From the NCBI RefSeq assembly GCF_009914755.1, contig NC_060931.1: a stretch of DNA of 64,000 bases; one strand, written 5' to 3'. Of this stretch, positions 1 to 15,599 are shown piece by piece. Every line of letters starts with the position of its first letter. Position 1 is the first letter of the stretch. The notes beneath the pieces were generated by a model, which was given only the letters and a program-made list of their open reading frames with translations, was not told the origin of the DNA and did not search any database. The stretch is from the human T2T-CHM13v2.0 reference genome, Homo sapiens. Position numbers and translations under genes: made by a program.

Positions 1-698
1 ATTGCATTGTGGTCTGAGAGACAGTTTGTTATAATTTCTGTTCTTTTATATTTGCTGAGGAGTGCTTTACTTTCAAGTATGTGGTCAATTTTGGAATGAG
101 TGTGGTGTGGTGCTGAGAAGAATGTATATTCTGTTGATTTGGGGTGGAGAGTTCTGTAGATGTCTATTAGGTCCACTTGGTGCAGAGCTGAGTTCAATTC
201 CTGGATATCCTTGTTAACTTTCTGTCTCGTTGATCTGTCTAATGTTGACAGTGGGGCGTTAAAGTCTCCCATTATTATTATGTGGGAGTCTAAGTCTCTT
301 TGTAGGTCTCTAAGGACTTGCTTTATGAATCTTGGTGCTCCTGTATTGGGTGCATATATATTTAGGATAGTTAGCTCTTCTTGTTGAATTGATCCCTTTA
401 CCATTATGTAATGGCCTCATTTGTCTCTTTTGATCTTTGTTGGTTTAAAGTCTGTTTTATCAGAGACTAGGATTGCAACCCCTGCCTTTTCTTGTTTTCC
501 ATTTGCTTGGTAGATCTTCCTCCATCCCTTTATTTTGAGCCTATGTGTGTCTCTGCATGTGAGATGGGTCTCCTGAATACAGCACACTGATGGGTCTTGA
601 CTCTTTATCCAATTTGTCAGTCTGTGTATTTTAATTGGAGCATGTAGTGCATTTACATTTAAGATTAATATTGTTATGTGTGAATTTGATCCTATCAT
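1..698 (-). pseudogene. L1 ORF2 N-terminus (APE endonuclease), disrupted
   Basis: MIGSNSHITILILNVNALHAPIK...CCIQETHL...; in-frame TGA at 419-417. Confidence 0.95.
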
Positions 699-761
699 TA
701 TGATGTTAGCTGGTTATTTTGCTCGTTACTTGATGCAGTTTCTTCCTAGCCTCGATGGTCT

Positions 762-1777
762 TTACAATTTGGCATGTTTTTGCAGTGGCTGGTACCAGTT
801 TTTCTTTTCCATGTTTAGTGCTTCCTTCAGGAGCCCTTGTAGGGCAGGCCTGATGGTGACAAAATCTCTCAGCATTTGCTTGTCTGTGAAGGATTTTATT
901 TCTCCTTCACTTATGAAGCTTAGTTTGGCTGTATATGAAATTCTGGGTTGAAAATTCTTTTCTTTAAGAATGTTGAATATTGGCCCCCCACTCTCTTCTG
1001 GCTTGTAGAGTTTCTGCCGAGAGATCTGCTGTTAGTCTGATGGGCTTCCCTTTGTGGGTAACCCGACCTTTCTCTCTGGCTGCCCTTAACATTTTTTCCT
1101 TCATTTCAACTTTGGTGAATCTGACAATTAGTGTCTTGGAGTTGCTCTTCTTTAGGAGTATCTTTGTGGCGTTCTCTGTATTTCCTGAATTTGAATGTTG
1201 GCCTGCCATGCTAGGTTGGGGAAGTTCTCCTGGATAATATCCTGCAGAGTGTTTTCCAACTTGGTTCCATTCTCCCCGTCACTTTCAGGTACACCAATCA
1301 GACATAGATTTGGTCTTTTCACATAGTCCCATATTTCTTGCAAACTTTGTTCATTTCTTTTTACTCTTTTTTCTCTAAACTTCTCTTCTCGCTTCATTTC
1401 ATTCATTTGATCTTCAATCACTGATACCCTTTCTTCCAGTTGATCAAATCAGCTACTGAAGCTTGGGCATTCGTCACGTAGTTCTAGTGCCATGGTTTTC
1501 AGCTCCATCAGTTCATTTAAGGACTTCCCTACACTGGTTATTCTAGTTAGCCATTCGTCTAATCTTTTTTCAAGGTTTTTAGCTTCTTTGTGATGCATTC
1601 GAATTTCCTCCTTTAGCTCAGAGAAGTTTGATCGTCTGAAGCCTTCTTCTCTCAACTCGTCAAAGTCATTCTCCGTCCAGCTTTGTTCCATTGCTGGCGA
1701 GGAGCTGCGTTCCTTTGGAGGGGGAGACGCGCTCTCATTTTTAGAATTTTCAGCTTTTCTGCTCTGTTTTTCCCCGT
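762..1777 (-). pseudogene. L1 ORF1 (p40), disrupted
   Basis: Peptides MEQSWTENDFDELREEG, EIWDYVKRPNL and IVRFTKVEMKEKMLRAAREKG are split across ORFs; start ATG is now ACG (1777-1775); TAA at 764-762. Confidence 0.93.
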
Positions 1778-2349
1778 CTTTGTGGTTTTATCTACCTTTG
1801 TTCTTTGATGATGGTGACGTACAGATGAGGTTTTGGTGTGGATGTCCTTTCTATTTGTTAGTTTTCCTTCTAACAATCAGGACCCTCAGCTGCAGGTCTG
1901 TCGGAGTTTGCTGGAGGTCCACTCCAGACCCTGTTTGCCTGGGTATCAGCAGTGGAGGCTGCAGAACAGCGAATATTGATGAACAGCAAATGTTGCTGCC
2001 TGGTTTTTCCTCTAGAAGCCTGGTCTCAGAGGGGTACCTGGCCGTGTGAGATGTCAGTCTGCCCCTACTGGGCGATGCCTCCCAGTTAGGCTAGTCGGGG
2101 GTCAGGGACCCACTTGAGGAGGCAGTCTGTCCATTCTCAGATCTTAAACTCTGTGCTGGGAGAACCACTACTCTTTTCAAAGCTGTCAGACAGGGACATT
2201 TAAGTCTGCAGTGGTTTCTGCTGCCTGTTTTTGAGCTATGCCCTGCCATCAGAGGTGGAGTCTACAGATGCAGGCAGGCCTCCTTCAGCTGCAGTGGGCT
2301 CCACCCAGTTGGAGCTTCTGGGCTGCTTCGTTTACCTACTGAAGACTCA

Positions 2350-2612
2350 GCAACTGCGGGGGCGCCCGTCCCTCAGCCTAGCTGCGGCCTTGCAGTTTGA
2401 TCTCAGACTGCTGTGCTAGCAATGAACGAGGATCCGTGGGCGTGGGACCCTCCGAGCCAGGCGGGCAATATAATCTCCTGGTGTGGCGTTTGTTAAGACC
2501 ATTGGAAAAGCGCAGTATTAAGGTGGGAGTGACCCAATTTTCCAGGTGCCATCTGTCACAGCTTCGCTTGGCTAGGAAAGGGAAATTCCTGACCCTTGTG
2601 CTTCCTGGGTGA
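2350..2612 (+). pseudogene. L1 ORF0 remnant / antisense-promoter region
   Basis: ISDCCASNERGSVGVGPSEPG...KRSIKVGVTQFSRC matches primate ORF0; the ATG is lost and there is an in-frame TAG at 2379-2381. Confidence 0.8.
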
Positions 2613-2805
2613 GGCAATGCCTCACCCTGCTTTGGCTCACACTCGGTGTGCTCCACCCACTGTCCTGCAACCACTGTCTGCCAAGCCCCAGTGAGATGAA
2701 CCCGGTACCTCAGTTGGAAATGCAGAAATCACCCATCTTCTGCATTGCTCACGCTAGGAGCTGTAGACTGGAGCTCTTCCTATTCGGCCATCGTGGAACC
2801 GCCCC

Positions 2806-4617
<1,812 letters not shown>

Positions 4618-4631
4618 ATAAAGTCATTTTT

Positions 4632-5150
4632 AAGCAGAGGCATGAAGGAAGTGAGCAAACCAGATAAACTGTTGCTTTGGGGGAAAAATGTTCCAGGGAA
4701 ATCCTTGAGCAAATGCAGATTCCCTTACATGGGAGCATGCTTTGTATGCTTAAAGAACAACAAGGAGGCCAGGGAGTAAGAGAAAGAGGAATAGTAGGAA
4801 ATGAAGCCAGATAGAGAAGGGCCCAAACTCTTATTAGAATTTCTAGACAATTATAAGCACTTTGGTTTTTAACCCCAAATAAAGTAAAAGCTATTATAGG
4901 AATTTGGGAAGAGTTTTGAAACATGATCTTGTTTCTGTTTTAACATAATCATGTTTGCTGCTGTATTGAGAATAGACAGTGGGATCAAAGGCAAAACCAG
5001 AAATACTAGGAAGCTGTGGCAATAATACACATTAGCAATGATGGTGGCTTGGATCTAGTTGGTAGTGGTGCAGGTAATGGCAGATGGTAATTCAAGAAGC
5101 TGAATTCTGGATATATTTTCAAGTTATAAAAACAGGATGTACATGTGGGT
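4632..5150 (-). mobile_element. L2 fragment
   Basis: Degenerate L2 pattern (caaatgcagattccct...aagaacaacaaggaggccag...gatggtggcttggatctag...aattctggatatattt). Confidence 0.7.
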
Positions 5151-5594
5151 TATGTGTCTTAATCCCTACATTATACTGTGTTTGGTGGATATCCTATGAT
5201 TGGTTAATGTTCCTATGCAAAGGAAGAGATGGTTAGGAGTTGACCAATTATGTCAATTATCTGGTGAAAAAGAAAAATAGTATTATAGGATCACCTTTTG
5301 AAAAGCATAGGATTAGAGCTGTGGTCTAGGCTAATGTCAGAGTTCTGGAATGGCCCAGGAACACCAGAACTTTATGACAGAATGAAACAAAGGATCTCAA
5401 AAGAGCAATAAGGACATTGTAGATATTCACATCCTGAAATTAAACAAACAAACAAAAAACACTATCAGTAATTTTACATATCATAACTATTCATTTTACT
5501 GGCACAACATTTTAAAACATTACCAGACTTATAGCAATGCTTCTGACAGTATTTATTTGATATATAAATTTATTTTGACATTGTCTTTTCTCAG

Positions 5595-5733
5595 GTTGAA
5601 TGCAGAGAACTTCTCTGTCTTAAAAACATCAGAAACATTAAGTAGTAGACAAGATGAAGAATGTCTAGAGAGTTTCATTTATATGAACATAAATTATAAT
5701 GTTTTACAGTGCTTAGGCTGTGATGAAGTTTAA
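5595..5733 (+). other. Candidate cryptic or terminal exon
   Basis: Acceptor ttttgacattgtcttttctcag|G; 45 open codons to TAA 5731-5733; no clear donor. Confidence 0.3.
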
Positions 5734-6677
5734 GGTTCCATGGTAGGCAGAGAAAACCTGGGTAAACTATTAATAGTTTAGCATCTCGATTTCCTATGGG
5801 GATGTGGTTTCCACTTGTAGAGGAGAATATTATAGTCTTATTTAGTATAAAATTCATATATTGTAGAAGAGTATGTTAGAGGTCCCAGTTGGGCTTTTCT
5901 TGAATTTATTATCTTACCAAGTCAAATACAGATGCAGCTTTCATAAAAGGAATATATTCTAAAGTAATATCTGAGAGTCTTCGATCAACTTATTACATTT
6001 TGATGACCATTTCAACCGATGAACAGTAGAAGTAGAATAGCTGGAAGAATACAAATGAGGTGCAAAAGTTATTGATGAAAAGCAACAGAATTCAAAACTC
6101 AAAATGCTTAATAAATAAATATTGTAGGCAAACTGGGTTATAAAAAGGATAATTATTCTAAGTATGTTAACGTTGTTTACACTGAAATAGGCTGTTAAAA
6201 AATTATGGGCCAATTATGTTCAGTGACCTAACATTATAAAATAGATTAGTTACTAGGGTGAAAATTTCTTTAATAATACCATCTTTCATATAGAGTGATT
6301 CTTTGACTAGAATGACAGATGTAACCAGAACATAATAGTAATCAGAGAAAGATGTTTGAGTCTCAGAAGTATCTGCTACCTTCTTATTAGCCGTTGTTTA
6401 CAGAGTATACGACAGTTTTTGTGTTATATGATTTCTCAGTCATAAAACAAGCTTTCAGCAGGAGAAGCAAGTTAAATATGTGTTTGTGTTGGGAGAGGAT
6501 TGGATGGGAACATTCGAGCAGAAGCAGTGATAATAGCTGGAAATATGACATTGCGAAAAAAGATAAATCTTAATATACAAAACTGTAAAATGATGCACTT
6601 GTTAATGATGGGTTTTCCTGATAATAATCTTGAGGCAATAAATTCTAAATTATCACTCATAAGAAGTTTAGGCATAA

Positions 6678-7213
<536 letters not shown>

Positions 7214-8400
7214 TTAGCTCAGCAAATAGTAAAGTATGCCAACTGAAAAATACAAATTTGAAAACCGTCTGCCGCCATTATTGATTAATGGGTCCTAGTA
7301 AGTTATTGGTGGCAAGTTACTTTTTTTTTTAAGACAGCTTCATAAAATTATCTAAGAATTTGTAATCCCATAAATTAGCCTTAGATGACTCTATTTAAAA
7401 AAAATTGGACTGAATAGACTGTTGGCCTGACCTAAATTTTCTAGCCTACTATTTTGTTAGGTTTTTAGAATATTGAAACAAACATTTTCTTTTAATAATT
7501 TAAGAAAAAAACGCATGAACAACTAAGGATTTTTTACTTTTCAGTTTTCAAACTTTTAATTAGACACAAACACACACACACCTTTCATATTCCAGTTTAT
7601 TCTTTCCAATTTAAAATGAGTTCAGACATCTTTTAAATAAATTATCAGATCCAAGCTAGTGAATATCTTAGTGGTTAGAGCTGCACAGGTAAGTGTATGT
7701 AATGGCATTAAAAAAAAAATATTCCCAGGCAATTAACCGAACACATGAAAAAAGAAATTAACGAGTGGGTGGAAGAAGAGCTGCATATTTTTGACAATAA
7801 AACAATAGGAGATGGTTTCGGTTTGGTACATGAAACAAAAAGGTGAATGTCTGTATAAGATTACTGTCTCTACTTCTTTCTTCTTAAATAGTAGTAGATG
7901 GTGGATAAGCTATGTGTATCTGTTAGAGAGCAATGAAGTTCACTTTTGTTTGGTTTACAATTGTTGTTGTATGCTATTAGGTAAATTTTGATGTACTTTC
8001 AATAAAAAGGACTATTAATGAATTAATGTTTATAAGTCTCTTTGAGCTCATCAAATGAAAGGTGTTATATAAGTGTAAAATGGTAGTATTCTTGTAGTTC
8101 CCATGGCAACAATAACTTTCCCACCTGACATGAACTCACTAATAAAGTTGTAGCAAAGTCGCTATGCTAACTTTACTTTTTGCACTTTCAAATCTAAAAT
8201 GTTTCAGGTTTGTACTTCAATATTGTATAAATATTTTATTTTTATTGACTAATTTATTTATGTTACCTCTGCACTCCTATTCCTTGCGTGTTTCATTGTA
8301 TTTTGATTATCTAAGGAAAAGACTATTCAGGTTAAAAGTACGAGGATTTTAAACATTTTTAAAATGTTTAAAAGATTAGGCTTCTTCCTAATTCAACTGT

Positions 8401-8600
8401 CTTTAGAGTCAGAAAGCTCTGGAGTTAAATCTTGCCTCTGCTACAGTGTGATGTAAAACAAATTATTTCTCTCATCTGTTTGTCATCTGTAAAATAAAAC
8501 GGTTATAGAACCTATCTCAAAACACCATTCTGTGGACTGCATGCAATTATATATGTGAGGTGATTAGCATGGTGTCTGATGCATAATAAGTACTTAAATC
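8401..8600 (+). mobile_element. MIR
   Basis: ctttagagtcaga...tcttgcctctgctac...catctgtaaaat...catggtgtctgatgcataataagtacttaa. Confidence 0.75.
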
Positions 8601-8647
8601 TAGATAGTATAGAATACATTATCTTCTATCCTTAGAATAAGTACATT

Positions 8648-8947
<300 letters not shown>

Positions 8948-9006
8948 TGCATCTAGGGCAGGTGTATCTGATAGAACTTACTGCTGTGATAGAAATATTT
9001 ACTATC

Positions 9007-9276
9007 ATCTGGGTACAGTGGCTCATGCCTGTAATCCAAGCACTTTGGGAGGTCTAGGAGGCAGGATTGCTGGAGGTCAGGAGTTCAAGACCAGCCTGGG
9101 CAACATAGTGAGGCCCCATCTCTACAAAAAATTAAAAATTACCCAGGTATGGTGGTATGTACCTGTAATCTCAGCTGCTTGGATGGCTGAGGTGGGAGGA
9201 TCACTTGAACCAAGGAGTTTGAGGCTTGGAGTGAGCTATGATCACATCATTGCACTCCAGCCTAGGTGACAGTACT
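9007..9276 (+). mobile_element. AluJ, 3' end degraded
   Basis: ggcaacatagtgagg, gtgagctatgatc and ggaggatcacttga are J-type features. Confidence 0.9.
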
Positions 9277-9284
9277 AAATAAAA

Positions 9285-9412
9285 GGTACTATGCTTAGTA
9301 CTTGGGTGATGGGATCATTCATACCCTAAACCTCAGCATCACTCAGTATACCCAGGTAACAAACCTGCACATATACTTCCTGAATCTAAAATAAGAGATT
9401 TTTTTTAAAAAA
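9285..9412 (+). mobile_element. L1 3' terminal fragment (L1PB/old L1PA type)
   Basis: ggtactatgcttagtacttgggtgatgggatcattcatacc...aacaaacctgcacat...cctgaatctaaaataa. Confidence 0.85.
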
Positions 9413-10204
9413 AGAAATGTTCACAATCTACATAGTTCAGTATGGTAGCCATTAGCCACACAGGGTTGCTGAGTACTTGAAATCTGTCAAATAACTGATG
9501 TTTAAGTTTGATTTAATTTTAACAAATTTAGATTTAAAGAATCACATTTGGCTAGAACCTACCAATATTAGACAATGCAGGTCTAGTGTAAGGCAACATT
9601 TCTTCTTTCTTTCCACCCACCTGAGGAATTTATTTGCATTCCAGTTGGAATATTGGAATTTTAACTTGTGGTCTTCTTTCATCCTTGTTGATCATGCACA
9701 CTCATGGTAAATAAAATTTATTTTTAGGTTTTTCTTTAATTTCTACTTTTCTTTTTACCTTAGTTTTATGTCTACATAGTATCCCCTCTCTGCCAAATTC
9801 CATAATGCCCATTCAGTGCATTCCTCTGCTCATTTTTCTCTTATCCACTAATTCCCTACACTCTTAGCTAACCTTTTTCCTTTTAGCTCTGTTGCACAGT
9901 AAAGAAGGGTCTTTTCTTTTGACAAACAACTCTTTATATTTCTTTGACCTAATTTTCTCCCAGCTTCCCTGAAACCTTGCTCCATTGTCAATCCTTTTGT
10001 CCTTAATATTTTCCTCATCACCAATTCTTTTATTCAGTTTCAAATCAAAGGAATTGCTCACTATCCTTTATTTTATTATCAGAGTTGCAAATGAGTTATC
10101 TTTGCTTATGCCAGAACTGCCTCATCTTCCATTTTCCCCTTAATTTCTTGAAATCTGGTCAATCATAAACACTCCTCTATTATAGATTACCAATTCCTTT
10201 ATGA

Positions 10205-10320
10205 CTTCTTTTTCTTTTTTTTTTTCAATTTTCTTTCCTTCTTCCCCTCTTTCTTCCTTTTCCTTTTCCTTTTTCCTTTTCCCTTTCCCTTTCCTTTCCT
10301 TTCCTTTCCTTTCCTTTTTT
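10205..10320. repeat. Pyrimidine-rich (TTTCC/TTTTCC)n tract
   Basis: Directly visible. Confidence 0.9.
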
Positions 10321-10482
10321 GGTGTTTTTGTTTATTGAGACCGGGTGTTGCTGCGTTTCCCAGACTGGTGTTTAGTGCTGTGATCATAGCTCACTGTAAC
10401 CTTGAACTCCTGGGCTCAAATGCTCCTTCCACCTCAGCCTCCCAATGTGCTGGGATTACAGGCGTGAGCCACTGTGCCTGGC
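10321..10482 (-). mobile_element. Monomeric Alu (FRAM-like / left-right arm hybrid)
   Basis: About 150 bp; left-arm 5' end joined to right-arm 3' end. Confidence 0.85.
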
Positions 10483-10910
10483 TGATGTTCTTTTCTTAAT
10501 CAGTCCCACCTTGAAATGTATTCTTCCTTTGGCCTCCTATACCATCCTGCATTGTCTCCTGATTCTTTGTAACTGTTATGGTTCCTTTAAAATGCTTGTG
10601 TTTTCTTTCTTGCAGCATTCTCCCCTGCAAGAAAGAAAATACAGGCATTTTAAAGGAACCATAACAGTTATACTGGTATACACTCTGTCGGCCTCGAGCT
10701 GGCTTCTAGTTTGCATTCCCATGCTTCCTCACCTATTTGTGTCCTAAATGAATCCTTCTAAAGTCAGCTCACAATTATATGACTTATTTTTAGAAAAAAG
10801 CCTTTAATATTTGTGTGTTTTAAAATCTTTAGCTTGGCCTTCAGGAACACTGGATGTATTCTAGCTTTGCCTGTTTAGCTTCCTTACTCTCACCTTTTTA
10901 CGCTGCCGCC

Positions 10911-11251
10911 CAGGAGTTCTGAAAGTGTGTCTAGGGTTTCTCTAAGACCCTGTCAAGGTGGCTGTGAGGTCAAAACTCTTTAATACTTATATTAATATGT
11001 TATTTGCCTTACTTCTCTTCACCCTTATTCTAGTATGAATATACCAGAGAGCTGTCCAGAGGCTAAAGATGTTTGATGATGTCATTACTCTGATGACTAA
11101 TGGAATGTATGTGTGATTTTTAAATTTCTCAGTTGAATACAGTAAGTACAGATACAGGTCATTCACAAAAATAGAAGTTTTTTCATGGGGGGCAGGATTC
11201 TTATTTTAAAAGTGTAAAGGTGACCTGAGACCAAAGGTTTGAGAACTTCTG
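10911..11251. mobile_element. hAT-Charlie non-autonomous DNA transposon
   Basis: Imperfect TIRs CAGGAGTTCTGAAAG / GTTTGAGAACTTCTG; internal agaccctg...gaggtcaaaact. Confidence 0.7.
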
Positions 11252-11497
11252 TTGTAACTTACTGTTACTATGCCATTGTTGTTTTTACACAAATATGCTC
11301 ATGTTTTCCCTCCCACCCCTATTTAAACAACGTCTGCACTTTAATGTCTGGGCCAAATGTTAACTCCTCATCAAGCCTTTCCTGATCTTCTCCTTCACCC
11401 ACAATAGTGTGTGATTATTCTTGTTTACACATATTACCTGTAGTACTTTATTTGTATCTTTTAAAAATGATATTTGTAGTATTAACCTATTTGGGGG

Positions 11498-13570
11498 TGT
11501 GTTAGGCTGTTTTTGAGTTACTATAAAGAAATACCTGAGACTGAGCAATTTATAAAGAAAAGAGGTTTAATTGGCTCACCATTCTACAGGCTGTATAACC
11601 ATGCAACCAACATTGCTCAGCTTCTGGGGAGGCCTCAGGGAGCTTTTACTCATGGGGGAAGGCGAAGCAAGAGCAGGCCCGTCACATAGTGAAAGCAAGA
11701 GCAAGAGAGAGAGTGTGCGGGGTGGGGAGGGGATGTGCCACATACTTTTAAATGACCAGATCTCATGAGAAGTCACTCACTATGCCAGGACAGCATCAAG
11801 CCATGAGGGATCCTCCCACATGACCCAAGCACTTCCCACCAGGCCCTACTTCCAACATTGGGGATTATAATTGAACATGAGATTTGGGCAGGGCATCCAA
11901 CCTGTATGATTTTGCCCCGGCCCCTCCCAAATCTCATGTCCTTCTTACATTGTAAAATGCAATCATGCCTTTCCCAACAGTTCCCCAAAGTCTTAACTCA
12001 TTTCAGCATTAACTCAAAAGTCCAAAGTCTCTTCTGAGACAAGGCAAGTTCCTTCCACCTATGAGCCTATAAAATACAAAACAAGTGATTTACTTCCAAG
12101 ATACAATGGGGGTATAGGCATTGGGGAAACATTTCTATTCCAAAAGGGAGAAATCAGCCAAAAGAAAGGGGCTACAGGTCTCAGGTGAGTTTGAAACCCA
12201 GCAGGGCAGTCATTAAACCTGAAAGCTCCAAAATAATCTCCTTTGACTCCATGTCCCACATCCAGGGCACACTGATACAAGTGGTGGGCTCCCAAGGCCT
12301 TGGGCAGCTCTTCCCCTGTGACATTGTAGGGGTCAGCCCTTGCGCTTGCTCTCACAGGTTTTTGAGTGCGTGTGGCTTTTCCAGGCAAAGGGCGTAAGCT
12401 GCTGCTGGCTCTACCAGTCTGGGGTCTGGAGCATGGTGGTCCCCTTCCCACAGCTCCACTAGGCAGTACCCTAGTGAGTACTCTGTGTGGGGCCTCCAAC
12501 CACACATTTCCCCTTGAAACAACCCTAGTAGAGGTTCTCGGTGGGGACTCTGCCTCTGCAGTGGGCTTCTGTGTGTGCACCCAGGCTTTCTCAGACATCC
12601 TGTGAAATGTAGGTGGAGGCTGCCAAACCTCCTTAACTCTTGCACTCTGTGCACCCACAGGCTTAACACCCCAGGGAACCTGCCAAGGATTATGGCTTCC
12701 ACCTTAATGGCAGCAGCCCAAGCTGTACTTCAGGTCCCCTGAGCCGAGGCTGGAGCTTGAGTGGCCTGGTTTCGAGAAGCAGTGTCCTGAGGTTGTGCAG
12801 GGCAATAGAGGCCCTAACCCCCAAATTCATTTTTTCCTCCTAGGCCTCAGAGCTAGTGATGGGAAAGGCTGCTGTGAAGGTCTCTGAAATGCCCTAGTAG
12901 CTTTTTGTCCATTGTCTTGAATATTAGCACTTCAATGAAAAAAAAAACAAAAAACTGGACCTATCAGCCCAGATTTTACTGTCCATATCACTATTAGCAT
13001 TTTGGTCACAACCATTTAACCAGTCTCTAAGAAGTTCCAAATTTCCCCTCATCTTCCTGTTTTCTTCTGAGCCCTCCAAACTCTTCCAACCTCTTCCTAT
13101 TACCCAGTTCCAAAGTCACCTCCACATTTTCAGGTATTTTTATAGCAAAACTCCTGGTGCCAATGTTCTCTGTTAGGGCAGGTCTTGCTTTGCTATAGAG
13201 GAAATACCTTAGACTGGATAATTTATAAAGAGGTTTAATTGGCTTATTGTTCTGCAGACTGTACAGGAAGCATGGTGCCAGCATCTCCTCAGCTTCTGGG
13301 AGGCCTCAGGGAGCTTTTACTCATGGTGGAAAGTGAAGCAGGAGCAGGCATTTCACATGGCAAAAGCAGAAGCAAGAGAGAGAGTTGGGGAGAAGTACCA
13401 CACACTTATAAGCCACCAGATGTCATGAGAACTCACTCAGTGTCTAAGAACAGCATCGGGATATGAGGAATCCATCCTTATGCCCCCAGACACCTCCCAA
13501 TAGGCCCCACCTCCAACACTGGGGGTTACAATTCAACATGAAATTTTGGCGGGGCATCCAAACTATAACA
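11498..13570 (-). mobile_element. Full-structure MaLR provirus (MSTA-like): LTR 11498-11909, internal 11910-13169, LTR 13170-13570
   Basis: Two homologous LTRs (tataaagaaatacctgagactg...gaggcctcagggagcttttactcatg...ggcatccaa); MST/THE1-int sequence between; 5-bp TSD GGGGG / GGAGG. Confidence 0.93.
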
Positions 13571-14288
13571 GGAGGATTACTGGATTTGCTTAATACCTTG
13601 AATCAGGGACCATATAATTTTTGAGCTTTGTTATTTCCACTGAACTTCATATATTTTAGGATAGACACTCAGTACTTATTTGTTTGATATATAAAATTGT
13701 TCACTTGTTCAGCTATTAGTTCATTGAACAAAAATTTATGTAGTGCCAACTGTGAGCTAAATGTTTGAAAGACCCTCGAGGAGCTTAATGTCTTATAGTA
13801 GGTGATAAAAATGTAAACAAATTAGTGTTGTAATCATCTTACAACATGTTATAAAACGTTTGAATAGAGTTCATTGGAAGGAGGGAAAAAAACAAATGAG
13901 CAAATCTTCTAAAGAAATGGGATATCAGAAAATGCTTTAGAGAAGAAGTTATTCTTAAAATGAAAATTCTGCATGCGCCAAATCCTATTCTTCTTGCCAA
14001 GAGCTTTCTATAGAGCATGTACCCTGTAGACTTACTGAAGATTGAAAAAATTATCCTCTCAACCCTTCAAAATGCCAGCTTTCTAGATCCTAAAGAAAGC
14101 AGCCTTTACTAAGTCTTTTCTTTATTACCTTTCCTAGAAAAAGCTTATGAACAACTTTTTGCAAGTATCGCCAAATTCAAAGAACATCTTCCATTACTTT
14201 CATTTACTATTCATTTACTATTCCGTATTAGCCTAAAAATATCTTATTTTTAGATATTCGCTCTTACATGAATATGTTAATGTACTTC

Positions 14289-15088
<800 letters not shown>

Positions 15089-15559
15089 AACATGTAAATT
15101 TTGAGTATATTTTTTCATGTGTGGAACTTATAATCAACTCAGCAACATGTACTTAGGGGTTACTTGGTAGGACATGGAATTAAAGTCATAATGTGATTAT
15201 GAGTATTTGTGCAAGAGGGAATTTGCTCATACATAGGATAATATTAGGGCATATTAGAATTTAGTGAAACATAAATTTGGACTACAAACTCAGATTAAGT
15301 ACAAAAATGCTCACATTTTAAAAACTACCACTCAAATATCCATACAAATTTTGTGTTAGATTTTCTTCTTTAGGAAAGATAGAGTATGTTGTAATATAGT
15401 GTCTTAAGCAATAGTGTGGCAAGTTAGGATAGTGAGATCCTTCTTACTAGGGCTGTAATTCTAAAGCTGTTGCTCCTGATGTTCTCAAAGTGTTGTTTCT
15501 TTAGCGTGTTCTGTTAGTGCTACTACTCACTCTGACGATTGGTGAAGTCTATACTCCCC

Positions 15560-15561
<2 letters not shown>

Positions 15562-15597
<36 letters not shown>

Positions 15598-15599
15598 TA
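15562..15599. repeat. (TG)n microsatellite
   Basis: Directly visible. Confidence 0.95.

Larger units (their letters stand above)
1..2805 (-). mobile_element. LINE-1 L1PA (approx. L1PA4-6): 5'UTR, ORF1 and start of ORF2; continues past the left window edge
   Basis: Reverse strand starts GGGGCGGTTCCACGATGGCCGAATAGGAAGAGCTCCAG (L1PA 5' end). ORF1p and ORF2p endonuclease peptides are in the ORF track. Retains the 5'UTR segment (~1905-2035) deleted in the youngest L1s. Confidence 0.97.
8959..9580. mobile_element. MER3-type hAT-Charlie MITE, split by the insertion at 9007-9412
   Basis: CAG...GATAGAACTT start, ...TTAGACAATGCAG end, ggtagccattagccaca core; 8-bp TSD-like ATCTAGGG / GTCTAGTG. Confidence 0.8.

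Noticed and set aside
12059-12658. 199-aa ORF, the longest in the window
   Set aside because: Lies wholly in the MaLR internal region, has a non-ATG start and no recognisable host-protein features
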